Origin: Candidatus Hodarchaeota archaeon | GTDB taxonomy: Archaea; Asgardarchaeota; Heimdallarchaeia; Hodarchaeales; Hodarchaeaceae | NCBI GenBank assembly: GCA_016840035.1 | Contig: JAEOTC010000068.1 | Coordinates: 19,128-83,127 of the forward strand | Length of the DNA: 64,000 nucleotides | Reading direction: 5' to 3' | Part shown: positions 8,961-19,223 of the stretch, piece after piece | Numbering within the stretch: position 1 is the stretch's first letter | Layout of the letters: each line of letters starts with the position of its first letter | Made by a program: the position numbers and the translations under genes | Notes under the pieces: model-generated | What the model saw: only the letters and a program-made list of their open reading frames with translations | What the model was told of the DNA's origin: nothing | Databases searched by the model: none

Positions 8961-10646
8961 ATGATCATCTTGTCTTCAAACTTTAGCAATCTTCTTGAAT
9001 TATATCGTTTAGCCGCCACTGGCAATCCGAATGAACTTACTCAAGAGTTCTGGGGAGATATTCCCTCAACATATTTAGAATTAAGGAAAAAGACGGTAAT
9101 TCGTCAACAAAATTTGAAGTTTACTGAATTTCTAGATAATGTAGAGGAATTTCGTAGAATTGCCCTTGATCATAACCGTAAACTTGGAACCTTAACATCT
9201 TCTGTCAAAGAGTCCTTAGATAATCTTGGGTCAGGGATGATTGATGTAGGCCATCAACCATTAATCTTTGGCGGGTCCTCATTTCTTATGAATAAAGTCT
9301 CTCTAGCAGAATGGATTGGGAAATTTCTTGGACTCAGTACTCTCTTTTATATTGGTGATCACGATTCTATCCAGAATGAATTAACTGTTACACGTTTTCC
9401 CCAAGCAAATTCTTCCTCTGGTTTACTCATTACTCCCCTATCATGGAATGTGCCTGATAATACTCCTATGCATACTGTACCAATACCTTCGGAAAAGTGG
9501 CGAATGGATAGCAAGATAAAGATTCAAGAAAATCTGCGGTTGCTTATGAAGTATGCTAAAATATTACCTCATAATAGGATTTTAATGTTAGAACGGTTTG
9601 AATCATGGTTTGATATTATAAATGATTCTGCACTCGCTGCAGAAGATTTCTCATTTTGGAGTCAAAAAATTTGGAGTACTCTTTTAGTAGTAAGAAATAA
9701 TCTACAAATCTTCTTAACCCCCTCTAGCAATGAAAGATATAGAAAATTAATCAGACCTGCATTCGAATATTTATTAACAGAGGAGAATAGAAGAAAATAT
9801 ATTGATACTCTAAATTTAATATATGAAAAAATCATTAAGATGAACCTTTCTCCTGGTTTACCCCTCCGAGAAAGTGATTACGTTCCTTTCTTTTTGGAAT
9901 GCTTGAAATGTAAAACTAAGACAAGGGTAGAACTAAAAGTTTCCCAGGTAGGTTCGCTTGAGGGACAGTGTTCATCGTGTAATGAGAATTATTCATTTTC
10001 TTACAATTCAAATCACCCAGACCTTACTGAAATTGAAACAAATCTTACTCCGCGTTCTGATTCTCGTGCGATGGTGAATAACATCACTTTTCCAATACTT
10101 GTTCATGTAGGTGGTGGGGGAGAAACACAGTACTATTCAGCTGTAATTCCTGCCATGAGAAGACTAAATATTGAACCACCCATTCTGATCAGGTCAAATA
10201 GATTATATTATTCTACACCCTGGGGACATAAATCAGCTTCTGATTCAGATAATTTACAGCGAAGGGAGAGAATATTCGATATATTCAAATCTTATAATGA
10301 AGGAGATAACATTTCTGTAAAACAAAAGGCTTTAGAAGCAATGAGAGTTCATTTGGAAGATGAATTTCAAGAGAATAATAAGATTTTAGAAGATTCCAAT
10401 CGTGAATTAAGAGAAAATCAATTTGATAAAAACTTACGAAGAAAAATACGAAATTTGGAACTTATGCTGTCTCATAATTATGGTCGTTTCACTCAAGGCA
10501 AGAATATTCAAGAAGTATCTTGGAATTGGTTAGATCTTGCAATATTAACTGGTATTCAAAATCTAAGTAACACTTTTCAACGACAAATAAGTGAAAAGTC
10601 GTATCCTGGATTTACTTGGTATGTTAACACGGGAAAATTTACTTGA
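8961..10646 (+). CDS. BshC-like (DUF2317 family) putative ligase with inserted zinc ribbon
   Basis: VGHQPLIFGGSSFLMNKV ... FYIGDHDSIQNE resembles the BshC motifs GGQQAGLLTGPLYTIHK ... FWVAGEDHDLDE. HVGGGGETQYY resembles IAGPGEINYW. An inserted CLKCKTK...CSSCNENY zinc ribbon and a C-terminal coiled coil are present. The match is made from memory only. Confidence 0.5.
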   Translation: MIILSSNFSNLLELYRLAATGNPNELTQEFWGDIPSTYLELRKKTVIRQQNLKFTEFLDNVEEFRRIALDHNRKLGTLTSSVKESLDNLGSGMIDVGHQPLIFGGSSFLMNKVSLAEWIGKFLGLSTLFYIGDHDSIQNELTVTRFPQANSSSGLLITPLSWNVPDNTPMHTVPIPSEKWRMDSKIKIQENLRLLMKYAKILPHNRILMLERFESWFDIINDSALAAEDFSFWSQKIWSTLLVVRNNLQIFLTPSSNERYRKLIRPAFEYLLTEENRRKYIDTLNLIYEKIIKMNLSPGLPLRESDYVPFFLECLKCKTKTRVELKVSQVGSLEGQCSSCNENYSFSYNSNHPDLTEIETNLTPRSDSRAMVNNITFPILVHVGGGGETQYYSAVIPAMRRLNIEPPILIRSNRLYYSTPWGHKSASDSDNLQRRERIFDIFKSYNEGDNISVKQKALEAMRVHLEDEFQENNKILEDSNRELRENQFDKNLRRKIRNLELMLSHNYGRFTQGKNIQEVSWNWLDLAILTGIQNLSNTFQRQISEKSYPGFTWYVNTGKFT

Positions 10647-10690
10647 ACACTCTTTATCCATTAGAGATCTTATACAAAGAGGACCAATTC

Positions 10691-11947
10691 TTATACTTCT
10701 TTCTGTAAAAGCTTTCCTAGAATTTCCATCCCTTCTAAGATCATCTGCGATGAGACAAAAGAGAAGCTGATTCGCATCCCATTGGTTTTAATTCTATTAC
10801 CGTGTAGTTTTGAGTCTCCTGCATTGACAGAATATCCCTTAATCGGGTAAAAAGCGGCTCCTGGAACATATAAAACATTATTTGGAATAGCTTTTTCCTC
10901 CATGAACTTTCTCGAATCGAATGATTCTTTTTCCATCTGAAACCAGAAGAAAAATCCTCCTGTTGGGGTAGAGCTAAATCCATTTGATGGAAAATGCGCA
11001 TCCATCATTTTTTTCATTGAATCTCTTCGCTTTTTATAAATTTTCAAATTGTCTCCGAGTACATTGTCAATATGATACTTGTAGTATATCTCGAGCATTT
11101 TCTGAGTAAACGAAGGAGTACAAAGATCAAGATAACCTTTATCCTTAATAACCGGAGTCATGATCTCTTTTGGAAGGATAGAATAGCCAAGTCTAAGAAC
11201 AGCAGCTTCTTTACTGCTTGTACGAAGATAGGCAACCCATTTATTTTCTGGATCATATTTTTTTATCGGAGGGGGGATTTTTCCAAATTGTATTTCTCTA
11301 TATGCTGCGTCTTCAATTAGAAGGATCTCATGTTCCACAGCAAGATCAAAAAGAGCTTTTCGCCGCTTCTCTGGTAAAGTTGTACCTTTCGGATTGTCAG
11401 AATCGGAAACAACATAGATTGCTTTTGGTAACCGATTTAACTCTTTTTTACACACTTTAATTGCTTTTTCTACATGTTCAGGGATTACTCCATCCATATC
11501 AGAAGGAACGGTTAGAACACTTCCCCCAAGTTTAGTAACTGGGACAACAAATCCGAGGTAAGATGGTCTTGCCATTACAATTACATCTTTAGGACGAAGA
11601 AGAGTATCAAGGAGAGCATATAACATCTGTTGAGAACCAGTTGTAATTAGAATGTCATCAGGACCCCGAGGTATATTTATTCCATCAATTCTCTTCATTC
11701 TCTCTCCAAGAACTTCTTTCAGAGATCGTAGTCCACTTGTTGGTCCATAATTTAAAATATCAATACCAGTTGTGTCAAGATTATCTGCAATCTGACGTAA
11801 TATTGCTTTGAACGCATCAATAGGTAAACTTCCAGGTTTACCACCACCGAAGTAATATTTTACATTATAGAGAAGGAGTCTACGGATTTCACTTTCAGGG
11901 ACGATATCTGTCCATTCAGCTAAATTCTCATAATAAGGGGGAACCAT
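10691..11947 (-). CDS. PLP-dependent aminotransferase, class I/II (ARO8 / 2-aminoadipate aminotransferase-like)
   Basis: YFGGGKPGSLPIDAF near the N-terminus. PLP-lysine context TSSKEAAVLRLGYS. 418 aa. Confidence 0.85.
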   Translation of the reverse strand: MVPPYYENLAEWTDIVPESEIRRLLLYNVKYYFGGGKPGSLPIDAFKAILRQIADNLDTTGIDILNYGPTSGLRSLKEVLGERMKRIDGINIPRGPDDILITTGSQQMLYALLDTLLRPKDVIVMARPSYLGFVVPVTKLGGSVLTVPSDMDGVIPEHVEKAIKVCKKELNRLPKAIYVVSDSDNPKGTTLPEKRRKALFDLAVEHEILLIEDAAYREIQFGKIPPPIKKYDPENKWVAYLRTSSKEAAVLRLGYSILPKEIMTPVIKDKGYLDLCTPSFTQKMLEIYYKYHIDNVLGDNLKIYKKRRDSMKKMMDAHFPSNGFSSTPTGGFFFWFQMEKESFDSRKFMEEKAIPNNVLYVPGAAFYPIKGYSVNAGDSKLHGNRIKTNGMRISFSFVSSQMILEGMEILGKLLQKEV

Positions 11948-12568
11948 ATAGATGTACTTCCTATTTACAGATAAGAACGCTTATTATCCTATTTTTCCTA
12001 GACATGTATCTTGGTTCTCCAAGAATACAACACTTTTTTGAGATGTTTGACGTAGAATTAGATAATCTAACATGGATGGAGGATCATTATTATCTAAAAT
12101 TTATAACCTTATCGAACATAGGGGTCGAGTTGAGATGGGAAATTCTCCTTTTCTGTGTAATTTCAGTGAATTACATCCTAGAAGAAGATAGAAAAACTCA
12201 TTCACGTTGAAGAAGAGAAGTTTAAGCAATTCTGTTAAAATTAAATCGGGAAAGATGGTATGATTTGAAAAGACGAATCAATTTGAAGCCACACAAATTT
12301 ACTTTTTCTTAAAATCGCAGAATGATAACGCTCCCCTTATATGAAAATTGATGCTTTTTTACTAATCTCTCATGGTTTAGTAGAAAAACTCGTCATTAAT
12401 TTAATTCGAGTATCTATTGATGATCAAACCAGCAATAAGAATTTAAAATATATTTGAGATCGAAGTGCATTGAACTCTACTAAGTTATTTGATCAACTGA
12501 ATAACAAGCAATCATGAGGAGAAATTCACTCATTGTAGGTGAGATTCTTATCCTAGATTGGATGGTTT

Positions 12569-14491
12569 TTGATAATAATGGAAAAAACGATAGAAAAGCT
12601 ACTAAAACAAGCGATTCAACAGCAAATGGAGATTGAACCAGACATTGGTGAGCTAATTCACTATTCAATAGAAATCCCTCCTACTTTTGATTTCGGGGAA
12701 CGATCCACAAATATCGCGTTCAAATTAGCTAAAATCTTAAAGAAATCTCCAATGAAAATAGCAGAGGAATTATCAAATGAAATTAACCAAAATATAGATA
12801 ATAAATCGCTTATTGTAAAAACAGAATCAGTAAAAGGATATATTAATTTCTTTATCAATTTTAAACCCTTCTTTCGCCAATTATACACTCGAATTAAAAA
12901 AGAGGGAGAGAAGTATGGAGAGAACACTGATGGGAATGGAAAAAGAATTATTGTTGAACATACTTCAATTAATCCTGTTAAGCCTCTTCATATCGGTAAT
13001 TTAAGAAACGCACTTCTTGGTGATTGTGTTGCTAGAATATATAAGCGTAACGGATGGGAGGTTGAAGTTCAAAATCTTATTGATGATTTTGGCCGTCAAG
13101 TAGCCACCTTAATTTGGGGAATTCTCAAAGGTCATCATCTCGAAGTTGTTCGTGAAATCGATGACAAATATGATGTTTGGTTGGGAAAAGTTTATTCTCA
13201 CTGCAATAAAATTCTCGATGAAGAGGATATGTGGGATGAAGTAGACAATGTAATGATAGAAATGCGTCATAATCCTGAAATGTACAGGTTTATGAGGAAC
13301 ATTTGTCAAACGTGTGTAGATAGCAATTTAGAAACTGCATGGAGATTTGGAGTTACATATAATTATTTAGTTTGGGAGTCCGATATTTCACGTTCTGGAA
13401 TATGGGAGGAAACACTTCCATTATTAGAAAAAAGCCCATTTTTTCATTGGGAAAAGGAAGGACCAGATGCAGGTTGTTTTGTTGCCAATCTTGGAGTTTT
13501 AGATGAATTCAAAGACAAAAAAAATCCCAGCAAAGTATTCGTTCGCTCAAATGGAATCCCTACATACGTGGCCCATGATGTTGCTCTCCAATTATGGAAA
13601 TTTGGGTTAGCAAAGGCTAATCTTACAAGTAGGAGTCTGATGAAACAAAGAAATGAGGCTGAAGAGTTAAGAGATTTATGGACTAGTACAGATTATGTTG
13701 TTTCAGGGGAGAAGGATAAGAAATTTGGAAAAACTGACCGAGTGTGTAACGTAATAGGGGTGGAACAGAATTTTCTGCAAGAAATTGTACGTTACTCGCT
13801 GAAACTCCTCTCATTAGAAAATGAGTTTGAAAATTCATATCATCTGTCGTATAAACATGTATCTGCTCCTCATGCACGATTTTCAGGGAGAACTGGAAAT
13901 TGGCTTCAAGAAAGAGCATGGGCTGATGCTGTATTTGAAGATACATATGCTGTAGCCTTCAAAGCTATTACCAAAAAAAGGCCAGATTTAGATGAGAATC
14001 CAATTAAGAGAGAAAAGATTGTAAATAGTATTACATCCGCAGCAATACGATATTGGTTAATTAAATTCTCGAAGGAAACTGAGATAAAATTTCGTATTGA
14101 AGATGCTACATCTCTTGAAGGGGACACAGGCCCCTTTTTGATGTATTCAACCGTCCGAGCTTCAAAGATTATGTCAAAACTTCCAAAAATCAAGTCTTCT
14201 TCATATCATGGTACTTTTAAGATTACCAAAAATGAAAAGAATCTCATCTTACAGCTATACCGTTGTCCAGAGATAGTTCGAAGCTCTGCAGAGTCATTTC
14301 AACCGTTAATAATAGCAAAATATGCCTATGATCTTGCTTCATCTTTCAATCGATTTTATGAAACTTCTCGAGTTATTAATGCAGAATCTACGAGCTTGAA
14401 ACATTTTCGTGGCTCCCTAGTTCAAATTTTTCTCATCACCATGCAAAATTTACTCCATATCTTAGGAATACCAATTGTAGATGAAATGTGA
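12569..14491 (+). CDS. argS: arginine--tRNA ligase
   Basis: Class I HIGH region HTSINPVKPLHIGNLRNALLGD. ArgRS-type N-terminal additional domain and C-terminal anticodon-binding (DALR-like) region. The ATG at 12578 is a plausible true start. Confidence 0.95.
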   Translation: MIIMEKTIEKLLKQAIQQQMEIEPDIGELIHYSIEIPPTFDFGERSTNIAFKLAKILKKSPMKIAEELSNEINQNIDNKSLIVKTESVKGYINFFINFKPFFRQLYTRIKKEGEKYGENTDGNGKRIIVEHTSINPVKPLHIGNLRNALLGDCVARIYKRNGWEVEVQNLIDDFGRQVATLIWGILKGHHLEVVREIDDKYDVWLGKVYSHCNKILDEEDMWDEVDNVMIEMRHNPEMYRFMRNICQTCVDSNLETAWRFGVTYNYLVWESDISRSGIWEETLPLLEKSPFFHWEKEGPDAGCFVANLGVLDEFKDKKNPSKVFVRSNGIPTYVAHDVALQLWKFGLAKANLTSRSLMKQRNEAEELRDLWTSTDYVVSGEKDKKFGKTDRVCNVIGVEQNFLQEIVRYSLKLLSLENEFENSYHLSYKHVSAPHARFSGRTGNWLQERAWADAVFEDTYAVAFKAITKKRPDLDENPIKREKIVNSITSAAIRYWLIKFSKETEIKFRIEDATSLEGDTGPFLMYSTVRASKIMSKLPKIKSSSYHGTFKITKNEKNLILQLYRCPEIVRSSAESFQPLIIAKYAYDLASSFNRFYETSRVINAESTSLKHFRGSLVQIFLITMQNLLHILGIPIVDEM

Positions 14492-15567
14492 TCTTATTAA
14501 AAGGAGAAAAGACAATGATAGAAATAAGAAAATCCTCCATTATTCTATATGGTGCAACTCTTCTCGTTTTACTTATCATAGTGGTTTTCATTAACCCAAC
14601 GAATCTTATCAATAGTTTTTTCCAAATAGGATTCTGGGGCGCTGTTCTATTAAGTCTTCTTTATGCTTTTGACTTAATTGTGCGTACATATAGATGGAAA
14701 TTGCTTTTAATAGCACAAGGAGTTCATTTACCTCTGTCTTCATTAATTATGCCCGTTTGTTCAGCATTGGCAATTAATCTTTTTACAATTGCTCGTGCAG
14801 GGGAAACTGTTAGAATTGTGTCATTAAAACGGAATAATGATGTAAAATACTCCGATTCAATATCCTCCATTGTTATTGAGCAGGTTTTAAGCATAATAGG
14901 ATTACTTATTGTTGTAACGGCAAGTTTATTTCTAATAAATTTCTCTTCTCAAGCAGAAGAGAGTTCCAAACTAATAAATCAGTTAATTCTTCTACTTTTC
15001 GTCGTTTCAGGAGGAGGGCTTTTACTTATTATTATAATTCTTGTGAAACCAAATTTTGTGTACAGGATACTTGATTTCTTTCCCGAATTTCTTAGAGATA
15101 AATTAACTTCAGCATTTGAGGCCTTTACTCGTGGTCTTACCGATTTACGAACTCAACCATCCCTCCTTATCCAAGCAATTATCACTTCATCTGCAATTTG
15201 GGCAATCGAAGGTGTGATGCTTTACATTATTGCTTTATCAGTTTTTCCAACCTTTAATCTGATTGATCTTCCTTGGGTAATTGCCGCATCATGTGTTGGT
15301 AACATAACTTTCATAATTCCTATTCTTCCAGGAGCTATGGGGGAATATGAGGTTGTAATTGGCTTAGTCCTGATAAATTCACCTCATTTTGTTGGAATTA
15401 ACGTAACTGATGCTGCTGCTCCAGCGTTTATAGATCGTATTGTAAAATCACTATTCCTTGGAATAGTAGGAGGATATGCAACTTTACAGCTTGGTGGTAC
15501 AGAGCTCTTAAAATATAGAAAAAAATATACAGAACTCGAAAGATATAAGGAAATAGAACAGACCTAG
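14488..15567 (+). CDS. flippase-like / LPG-synthase-TM (UPF0104) family integral membrane protein
   Basis: About 8 predicted TM helices, with RTYRWKLLL after TM2. The start codon overlaps the argS stop (ATGA at 14488-14491). Confidence 0.6.
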   Translation: MILLKGEKTMIEIRKSSIILYGATLLVLLIIVVFINPTNLINSFFQIGFWGAVLLSLLYAFDLIVRTYRWKLLLIAQGVHLPLSSLIMPVCSALAINLFTIARAGETVRIVSLKRNNDVKYSDSISSIVIEQVLSIIGLLIVVTASLFLINFSSQAEESSKLINQLILLLFVVSGGGLLLIIIILVKPNFVYRILDFFPEFLRDKLTSAFEAFTRGLTDLRTQPSLLIQAIITSSAIWAIEGVMLYIIALSVFPTFNLIDLPWVIAASCVGNITFIIPILPGAMGEYEVVIGLVLINSPHFVGINVTDAAAPAFIDRIVKSLFLGIVGGYATLQLGGTELLKYRKKYTELERYKEIEQT

Positions 15568-15675
15568 ATAATACAAAATTCAGAATTCAAAATATTGACT
15601 AACCATGATTTATTTGAAGAAATTCAATTTGATATACTGGATGAATAAACACTGAGCCCAATTCAAGAAATAAAT

Positions 15676-16740
15676 GTGTCAAGAAGAGTTGCTTTTGGAG
15701 TAAATGCAATTGAAAGATTAGCGACAATTTTTGAGGATTTAGGTATAAATAAATTACATATATTCAGTGGATGTACTAAAACAAAGGAAATTACCGAGAA
15801 ATTAGTGATACCACAGATTTCTGAGGGTATTGAATTTGATTTTACACCTTTACCACATAACGCTGACCTATCTTATTTAAAAAAAATTGCGAATAGAATC
15901 GACCCTTTACAGACTTATCTCATTGCAGTTGGAGGAGGCACAGTAATAGACTTCGTTAAACTACTTGCTAACATGTCAAATACAGAATACATTGCTGTTC
16001 CTACAAACGCAAGCCATGATGGCTTCTCTAGCCCTTATATTAACTTTTTATTAAGAACTCAAGTTGATCAATTCTTCAAAAAAGAACTTTCACAAATATA
16101 CAAACCCATTTCACCATTAGCAATAGTAGGAGACACTACAATGATTAGTAAAGCTCCTAGAGATTCTTTAAAGGCCGGTGTTGGAGATATATTATCTAAA
16201 TGGGTTGCAGTTGAGGATTGGAAGCTAGCGAACAGGTTAAAAGGCGAAGATTACGATATCTATGCCGCATCATTTTCAGAAATGACTGCTACCATGGTAG
16301 AGGAACGAATAAATGCGTTGGGGAAGAATTTTTTTGGCGAAAAGGGTGTTAGAGCATTAATTAAAGCTCTAGGAAGTAGTGGAGTTGCGATGTGTATTGC
16401 AGGATCCTCCCGTCCCGCAAGCGGATCAGAGCACCTCGTAAGTCACGCATTGGATATGCTATCTTCTGAGTACGATTTCCATGTATTACATGGTCATCAA
16501 ACTGGGATCAGCTCGATTTTGATGATGTATTTACACGGAGGAGATTGGAAACGCATTCAAGAATCACTAAAGAAAGTTTCTGCTCCCTTAACATTACGTG
16601 AATTAGGGATAGATAGGGATATAATGTTATTAGCGTTACAAAAAGCGCAAAACATACGTCCTGAAAGATATACGGTTCTCTCGGAAGGCTTAACAAAATC
16701 TGCTGCTGAAAATGCCATCGAGATGACCGGAATTGATTAA
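15676..16740 (+). CDS. egsA: glycerol-1-phosphate dehydrogenase [NAD(P)+]
   Basis: IAVGGGTVIDFVKLLA, PTNASHDGFSSPY and GSEHLVSHALD motifs of the archaeal G1PDH / iron-alcohol-dehydrogenase-like fold. 354 aa. Confidence 0.9.
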   Translation: MSRRVAFGVNAIERLATIFEDLGINKLHIFSGCTKTKEITEKLVIPQISEGIEFDFTPLPHNADLSYLKKIANRIDPLQTYLIAVGGGTVIDFVKLLANMSNTEYIAVPTNASHDGFSSPYINFLLRTQVDQFFKKELSQIYKPISPLAIVGDTTMISKAPRDSLKAGVGDILSKWVAVEDWKLANRLKGEDYDIYAASFSEMTATMVEERINALGKNFFGEKGVRALIKALGSSGVAMCIAGSSRPASGSEHLVSHALDMLSSEYDFHVLHGHQTGISSILMMYLHGGDWKRIQESLKKVSAPLTLRELGIDRDIMLLALQKAQNIRPERYTVLSEGLTKSAAENAIEMTGID

Positions 16741-16742
16741 AT

Positions 16743-17522
16743 TTGACTATTCATATTTCGGGGATAGATGAAACAGGAAGAGGAAGTGTAGTAGGACCTT
16801 TAATCATTGTAGGCTTGTCAATTGAAAAACAACAAAGCATTATTCTCAAAGATATGGGTGTTAAGGATTCGAAGTTGTTCTCTGGATTAACAGGAAGGAA
16901 AAAAAGAAGTAAACTCGCAGAAAAGATACAGCAAATCGCGCAAGAAGTTATAGTAGTGGAAGTTCCCTCTTCAGAAATTGACATTGTATTGGGAAATAGA
17001 CCTAAAGATAATTTAAATTTATTAGAACTAAGAAATTTTAGTAAGCTTCTACTAGAGTTGAATGCTGAAGAAATCTTTATTGATACGATATCTTCACCTC
17101 AATACTCTCTAACACAGATAAAGACAATAATTCACTCTAATGACTCGAGGTATCACTTCAAACGGATTGATTCAGATAAAGACAAAATTGAATCGGTTTT
17201 AAGAAGGGGAAAATCATCAAAGAGGATTATAATTGAGAAAAAAGCCGATTCTAAACACATGGTCGTTGCAGCAGCTTCATGTGTCGCTAAACACTTGAGG
17301 GATGAAAGGTTACGCGATATTGAGAAGGTTTGGGGCCTTCCAGACCTAATTCTTGGTCAGGGATATCCTAATATAAAAGATCATAATTTAATTCGATTCC
17401 TTCAAGAATATAAAACCGAAATTCGAAAGAAAACGTTCCCCTTTATTAGGTATCAATGGGATTGGGAATGTTTACAACAAATTTTAAAACAACCGAGAAA
17501 AAAACTAGATCGATTTCTTTAA
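16743..17522 (+). CDS. rnhB: ribonuclease HII
   Basis: GIDETGRGSVVGPLIIVG catalytic N-terminus, followed by KADSKHMVVAAASCVAK. TTG start 2 nt after the egsA stop. Confidence 0.9.
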   Translation: MTIHISGIDETGRGSVVGPLIIVGLSIEKQQSIILKDMGVKDSKLFSGLTGRKKRSKLAEKIQQIAQEVIVVEVPSSEIDIVLGNRPKDNLNLLELRNFSKLLLELNAEEIFIDTISSPQYSLTQIKTIIHSNDSRYHFKRIDSDKDKIESVLRRGKSSKRIIIEKKADSKHMVVAAASCVAKHLRDERLRDIEKVWGLPDLILGQGYPNIKDHNLIRFLQEYKTEIRKKTFPFIRYQWDWECLQQILKQPRKKLDRFL

Positions 17523-17578
17523 CAAAAATTGAAACTAATCCTATTAATTTATATAATTAATAATTTGGATGGATAGAA

Positions 17579-18955
17579 ATGATTGAAAGTATCTTTCGTA
17601 CCTATGATATTCGTGGGAAATTCCCTAAGGAAATATCATTGGAAACAGTGGTAAAAATTGGAAAAGCCTTCGGAACAAAGTTCGGAATGAATAAAAACGT
17701 AATTATTGGAGGCGATGTTCGCCTTTCTACACCGATCATTAAAACTGCACTTTCGATGGGTTTATTAGAGGTTGGGTGCAACGTGAAAGATATCGGAATT
17801 TGTACTACTCCCACAATATACTATTTATCCGTAGAAAATTCTTCTGTGGACTTCGGGATAATGATAACAGCAAGTCATAATCCCATCAACTATAATGGAA
17901 TAAAGGTTTGTGACGAAAATGGTGTTTCTTTTCATATCAGAAATTTCTTTAGTGAAATAAAAGACATAATAATCCAGAATGGTTATAGGGTGACTAATCC
18001 TTTTGCTTTTGGACAGACTTCAATTTTAGATCAAGTAAGCTCGGATCAGTATTGGAAATATCAGAATACCCATTTTTCTCCAAGTAAACCTGTAAAAATC
18101 GTTGTAGATATTGGAAATGGGACTTGTTACCCAATTCTTCAACTTCTAAAGAAAAATGAGATGCAGGTTAACGCATTGCATTCAGAACCTGATGGCAATT
18201 TCCCTGTTATGATCCCTGATCCTGCTAAACCAAAGTGCTTGAAATATATAATTGAGACCATAAATCAAACTTCTTACGATATAGGTATCGGTTATGATGC
18301 AGATGGAGATCGCGTGGGATTCGTCGATGAAAAAGGTACCATAGTTAAACCTGATCAGATAATAATGCTATTTGGAAGGAGTTTATTGGAAAGTGTACCA
18401 GGTGGGAAAATTTTAATTGATATTAAAACTTCAAAAGCTACCTACGAATATTTAAAAGAACTAGGTGCAAAGGTAGAATATACACGTGTTGGTCATTCTT
18501 GGATTCATGAAAAACTTGTAAAAGAAGGTGCAATTTTTGCTGGAGAGTTGAGTGGTCACTATTATTTCGGAGAGGAGTACTTTGGCTTCGATGATGCAAT
18601 TTATTCCTCGTTAAAAATGATTGAAATTGTTTCTTCCTTGGAAAATTCATTCTCTGAAGAAATCGTCCGTCTACCTATGTTTCATACATCAGATGAAGTT
18701 AGAATACCCTGTGGTGATGATATTAAGACTAGTGTAGTTAAGAAAGTCAAAGAACGATTATTAAAAGAAGCTCAGAAGTGCATCACCATTGATGGTGTAC
18801 GTGCTGAATTTGACGATGGTTGGGTATTAGCTCGAGAGAGTGGAACTGAACCAGTCATATCTGTTCGTGCAGAGGCTGATACGAAGCAAAAACTTGAGTA
18901 TTACTCAAAATATATTGAGGAAATTGTTTCCTCTGAAATCGATAAATTTACCTAA
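17579..18955 (+). CDS. phosphoglucomutase/phosphomannomutase family (phosphohexomutase)
   Basis: Active-site serine loop ITASHNPINYNGIK, metal loop GYDADGDRVGF and sugar loop GELSGHYYF. Confidence 0.9.
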   Translation: MIESIFRTYDIRGKFPKEISLETVVKIGKAFGTKFGMNKNVIIGGDVRLSTPIIKTALSMGLLEVGCNVKDIGICTTPTIYYLSVENSSVDFGIMITASHNPINYNGIKVCDENGVSFHIRNFFSEIKDIIIQNGYRVTNPFAFGQTSILDQVSSDQYWKYQNTHFSPSKPVKIVVDIGNGTCYPILQLLKKNEMQVNALHSEPDGNFPVMIPDPAKPKCLKYIIETINQTSYDIGIGYDADGDRVGFVDEKGTIVKPDQIIMLFGRSLLESVPGGKILIDIKTSKATYEYLKELGAKVEYTRVGHSWIHEKLVKEGAIFAGELSGHYYFGEEYFGFDDAIYSSLKMIEIVSSLENSFSEEIVRLPMFHTSDEVRIPCGDDIKTSVVKKVKERLLKEAQKCITIDGVRAEFDDGWVLARESGTEPVISVRAEADTKQKLEYYSKYIEEIVSSEIDKFT

Positions 18956-18981
18956 AAATTCTTTTAGGAAAAGAGACTATT

Positions 18982-19203
18982 TTGGGAATATATCTTTTTT
19001 ACGAATTAAAAGAGGTTAATAAATTGTATGACCTATTAATTGGCTCTTTGCTCATCATTATCGGATTATTAATAGCAGTAGGTTTGGGAGGCACAATGAG
19101 TGATGCAACGGCTGCATTTTACTACATTATTGGATTCCTTATTGCTTTCGCAGGTTTAGGTTTGTTATTGAAATATCGAAAATCCACTCAAGGAAGAGAA
19201 TAA
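18982..19203 (+). CDS. small membrane protein (2 TM), hypothetical
   Basis: Two hydrophobic helices (LLIGSLLIIIGLLIAVGLGG and FYYIIGFLIAFAGLGLLL). The ATG at 19027 may be the true start. Confidence 0.4.
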   Translation: MGIYLFYELKEVNKLYDLLIGSLLIIIGLLIAVGLGGTMSDATAAFYYIIGFLIAFAGLGLLLKYRKSTQGRE

Positions 19204-19223
19204 GAAATATTACCATCGGAGAG

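Noticed and set aside
12004-12210. A 68-aa ORF in the argS upstream region.
   Set aside because: No SD, no recognisable motif, and a composition typical of random AT-rich ORFs. It is mentioned only as part of the long-spacer finding.
12417-12500. A possible C/D-box sRNA: UGAUGA at 12418-12423 and CUGA at 12497-12500.
   Set aside because: The span is about 84 nt, long for archaeal C/D sRNAs. There are no clear internal D' or C' boxes, and the terminal stem is only 3 bp.
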